Shown: positions 61,001 to 64,000 of the stretch, piece after piece | Layout: every line of letters begins with the position of its first letter | Position numbering within the stretch: the stretch's first letter is position 1 | Virus record (IMG/VR): IMGVR_UViG_3300009788_000007 | Span: 16,601-80,600 of that record | Origin: a virus | Direction: 5' to 3' (one strand) | Length of the DNA: 64,000 nt | Made by a program: the position numbers and the translations under genes | Notes under the pieces: generated by a model | The model's database searches: none | Told to the model about the DNA's origin: nothing | Seen by the model: the letters and a program-made list of their open reading frames with translations, nothing else

Positions 61001-63890
61001 TCATTATTAAATGGTTTATCAAATGAACTGTAAACATCTGAACTACCGCCCATCCTATCTCCATAAGCAATTTGGTAACGCTTACCACATGGGCACCTAA
61101 ACTTAGCTACCCATGAGCTATCAGTCACTAACCTTATCAATTTTTGCCCACAATCGCTGCAATGTTTCATCACTTACCGCCTGGGTGGTTATTACCTAAA
61201 TTCTCAGTATCAAAACCATCATCACCTTCAACCTCATTACACCCGTCAATAATATACTTATCATTGTCCTGCACAAACATTTCAGCTTCGTCCCCATGCT
61301 CAAGCCAATCACTATTATTAACTTTGTCTAGTAGCTCTATAGCATCTGATAATGTTTGCCGCCTACCTTTAATATTTGCAAACACCTCTTTAACAACTTT
61401 AATGTTAATGGGCATTTCACAAGCAAGGTTTAAAAACTCTTTTCTAATTTCTAATAAAGTTTTCATATCCATCCCTACTATTAAAGCCCTACTGTTTAAT
61501 AACTGCTCAAAAAATCCATCCTCATCAAAGTATTGGTAGTTACCGTTTTGGTCTTGTAGCACTATTTGCTCTGCCATTTTAATAACACCTTTCATCATCT
61601 GCGTTTATTTCATCCACATAATGCCATTTTATTTCATCCATAGTGCTACCCATTCTATAAGCAATATCAATTTTTTTAATAGTACAAACACGGTCTACAT
61701 TAAATTCTACCCATGCCCCACACCCACCCTTATCTTCACTTTTATCTTTCTCACACTCAGTATAAAAATTACTTACTTGCTGTGGTTTTAAAGTCTTTAA
61801 ATTACAAGGCCCATCTTTACTTTGGAAGCCCTCTAAAGGTTTACCACAGTTTGGGCAATTAGCTTCATGCTTTATATAATCATACATTCCCATTTTTAAT
61901 CCTTTTCATCGTAGCCACATTCACATCGGTCTTCATCCTCACCACAAAAAGTGCAAATACTATTTGCGGTGTACCCTACAGAGACTTCCAGGTTAACAGC
62001 ATCTTTTCTTAGCCTTATAGCCTTAACTAATACCCCTTCTACACCTTTATTTTTCTCAAAATAAGCGGTTACATCTTTTATAAAAAGTTTAGTGCATGGC
62101 ACACACAGATTACCTGGATCATTTAAAGTACTGTGTGTAATACAGGGCTTAGTTATATTACACCCGTAACATGTACCCTTACTTAAACCTATTTTATTGC
62201 TAACAAATTTTACTCTTTTTTTAACAGCTTTACGTTTCTTAGTTGATTTTTTCTTTTTGCTCATTCTTAAATCTCCCATTGCTTAGTTATTGTTAGTAAT
62301 TTTACACTACTACTGTCTATGTATATAGGTATTTTATAATTATAAAGTTTAATATTTCTCTGTACCCCATTTTCCCCAAATCTAAAGCCTTTTATGGGTA
62401 AATTTCTATAGCCTTCTTCATAACCTTTTCTCGTATACCCTATATTGTTTTTTGTTTTAGCAACAGTTTTAAGTGGGCACTCCATAGCCTTATCATGCAC
62501 GTAACCTGCTTTATTAACCACTAACTTAATGCCCCTACTTTGTAACTGCTTATAAATTTCTCTAATACTTCTGGCTTCTTTTATTTGGTGTACCCCAAAA
62601 ATATATAATAATCTATTTGTAAAAGGTTTTTCTTTTTCCATACGCCAGTCATACAAAACTACTTTACCCTTAGCCCTAACACTTTTTATCTCATAAAAAT
62701 AATCTCTTTTAAAAGCATCAAAATTTATTTCATAGTTACCATTAATTGGTATAGGGTTAAGCTGCAAAGCTTTGCACACAACATTTTCTACAGCTGCACC
62801 ATAATAATTACGGGCTGCACCGCTAGTATCAAACTGTACATCTTTTAAAAACTCAAACAGTACACCCTGTACTTCAGTTGGCCTATTTACGTTTAGCATA
62901 TCTTTGTTTTTGTTTTTCATTTTTTATTGCCCTACAATACTTACACTCTGCAGCTAAATGTCCACTAGCCCTTTGGTAGTCTTTAATGTTGTATATATCT
63001 TGGCACCCTGGGCACCAGCGGCTACCTTTTAACATAGGGCGTATTCTTCTAAGCACTTAAATTTGTTCCTTTAAACTTTTAATACACTTATTACACAAAC
63101 TTAATGTACTATGGTACCTGCTATGGTGGTGTACAACTGCACATTCATTAGTGTGGGTGCCGCATACATAACAAGTTCTGTTGGGCTGTGATTTTCTAGG
63201 TTTACAGCAAGGCTTTGTGCAGATACGTTTAACTTCCATCAGTAATACTTTTTGCAAAATCTAATAATACTTTTAAGTCACTCGCACAATAACTATTAAA
63301 CCCTACAGGTGTACGTGGGTACCACTGCATAAACCAAAAATCATTAGCTGCAATGGCTTTTTGTTTTTCTTCTTCAGATACCCATGTATAGTAATCGGGC
63401 TGCGCGTCTGTATATTGCTCTACAGTTTCATACACGCCCTTATGGTCATTGTGCTGAATTGTAATACCGCCTTCATGGGGTGGCAACATCTTTTCAAACT
63501 CTTCAGTTACTTCTTTTTTCCAGCCTTTAATTTTATCCATTATCTTTTAACCTTCTTTTTAGTTTTTTGCATTATACGTATTAGCAAGCCGTAGCACTTA
63601 CCGCCCATTTGCCTCCATTGTATATCCATGTGTGACTTGTAGCCGTATTTACCTACGGGTTTTCTTTTATCTGTGTACAAAGTGTACATTTTTGTTTTAT
63701 TATTGTATGAGTAATAAAATATTTTATGCAAGGGCGCAAAGCTTACCCCATTATCCCACATAACAGCCCCGCACAAACCACAATCACTACCTAATAAAGT
63801 GCTATATGGATTTGAATTATTTATACGTTTTAGTTTACCCCTACATATTGGGCAATATTTTCTGTGTGCCCAATTTTTAATTTTACCCAT
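55024..63890 (-). other. block of about 25 small hypothetical ORFs, many with CxxC zinc ribbons
   Basis: Coupled - strand ORFs; 55024-55815 has two Lar-like C..CG...C....C..A...WN modules. Confidence 0.7.
62267..62920 (-). CDS. putative PD-(D/E)xK nuclease
   Basis: GAAVE...NFDAF...FYEIKS catalytic pattern. Confidence 0.55.
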   Translation of the reverse strand: MKNKNKDMLNVNRPTEVQGVLFEFLKDVQFDTSGAARNYYGAAVENVVCKALQLNPIPINGNYEINFDAFKRDYFYEIKSVRAKGKVVLYDWRMEKEKPFTNRLLYIFGVHQIKEARSIREIYKQLQSRGIKLVVNKAGYVHDKAMECPLKTVAKTKNNIGYTRKGYEEGYRNLPIKGFRFGENGVQRNIKLYNYKIPIYIDSSSVKLLTITKQWEI

Positions 63891-64000
63891 TATCTATTCC
63901 TTGTTATCCCTGCGTTCATAAATGATATCGTGGCCTCAAGTACTTTAATATGGTTAAGTAAACCCTTCCTATCCATTGTAGATAAATCTGGCTGCACGTA

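Noticed and set aside
1-64000. Genome-wide TGA recoding to explain the polA stop
   Set aside because: Many genes end in TGA with ATGA/TGATG coupling to the next gene (e.g. 3039-3041, 9266-9268), and TGG is used for Trp.

Overview
This window is part of an AT-rich tailed dsDNA phage genome with a siphovirus layout. The + strand (1-9.4 kb) carries replication and early genes: a TOPRIM primase fused to an MCM-type helicase, an HNH-like endonuclease and a family A DNA polymerase whose 3'-5' exonuclease domain is interrupted by one in-frame TGA. The - strand (9.4-64 kb) carries, in order of transcription: dozens of small hypothetical ORFs with terS and terL about 10 kb apart, a non-coding block of CCA-ended tRNA-like elements, portal, a MuF/gp7 head protein containing an intein, scaffold, a P22-gp5-like capsid protein, neck genes, a 9 kb accessory structural block, a decorated tail tube, frameshifted tail chaperones, tape measure and a GTA-like tail tip. 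The strongest candidate for an undescribed system is the Ala1 intein in the MuF gene. Its Vsr/DUF559-type endonuclease is a separate gene with its own RBS on the opposite strand, in exact codon register, and the intein frame stays open across it. Other notable signals are tandem GAGAY-pentaloop hairpins in the scaffold and capsid leaders, three LexA-box-like operators over promoters, a palindrome before three late operons, and domain-within-domain insertions in the tail tube. No integrase, CRISPR array, canonical tRNA or endolysin was recognised. All family assignments come from motif recognition by eye, not database searches.
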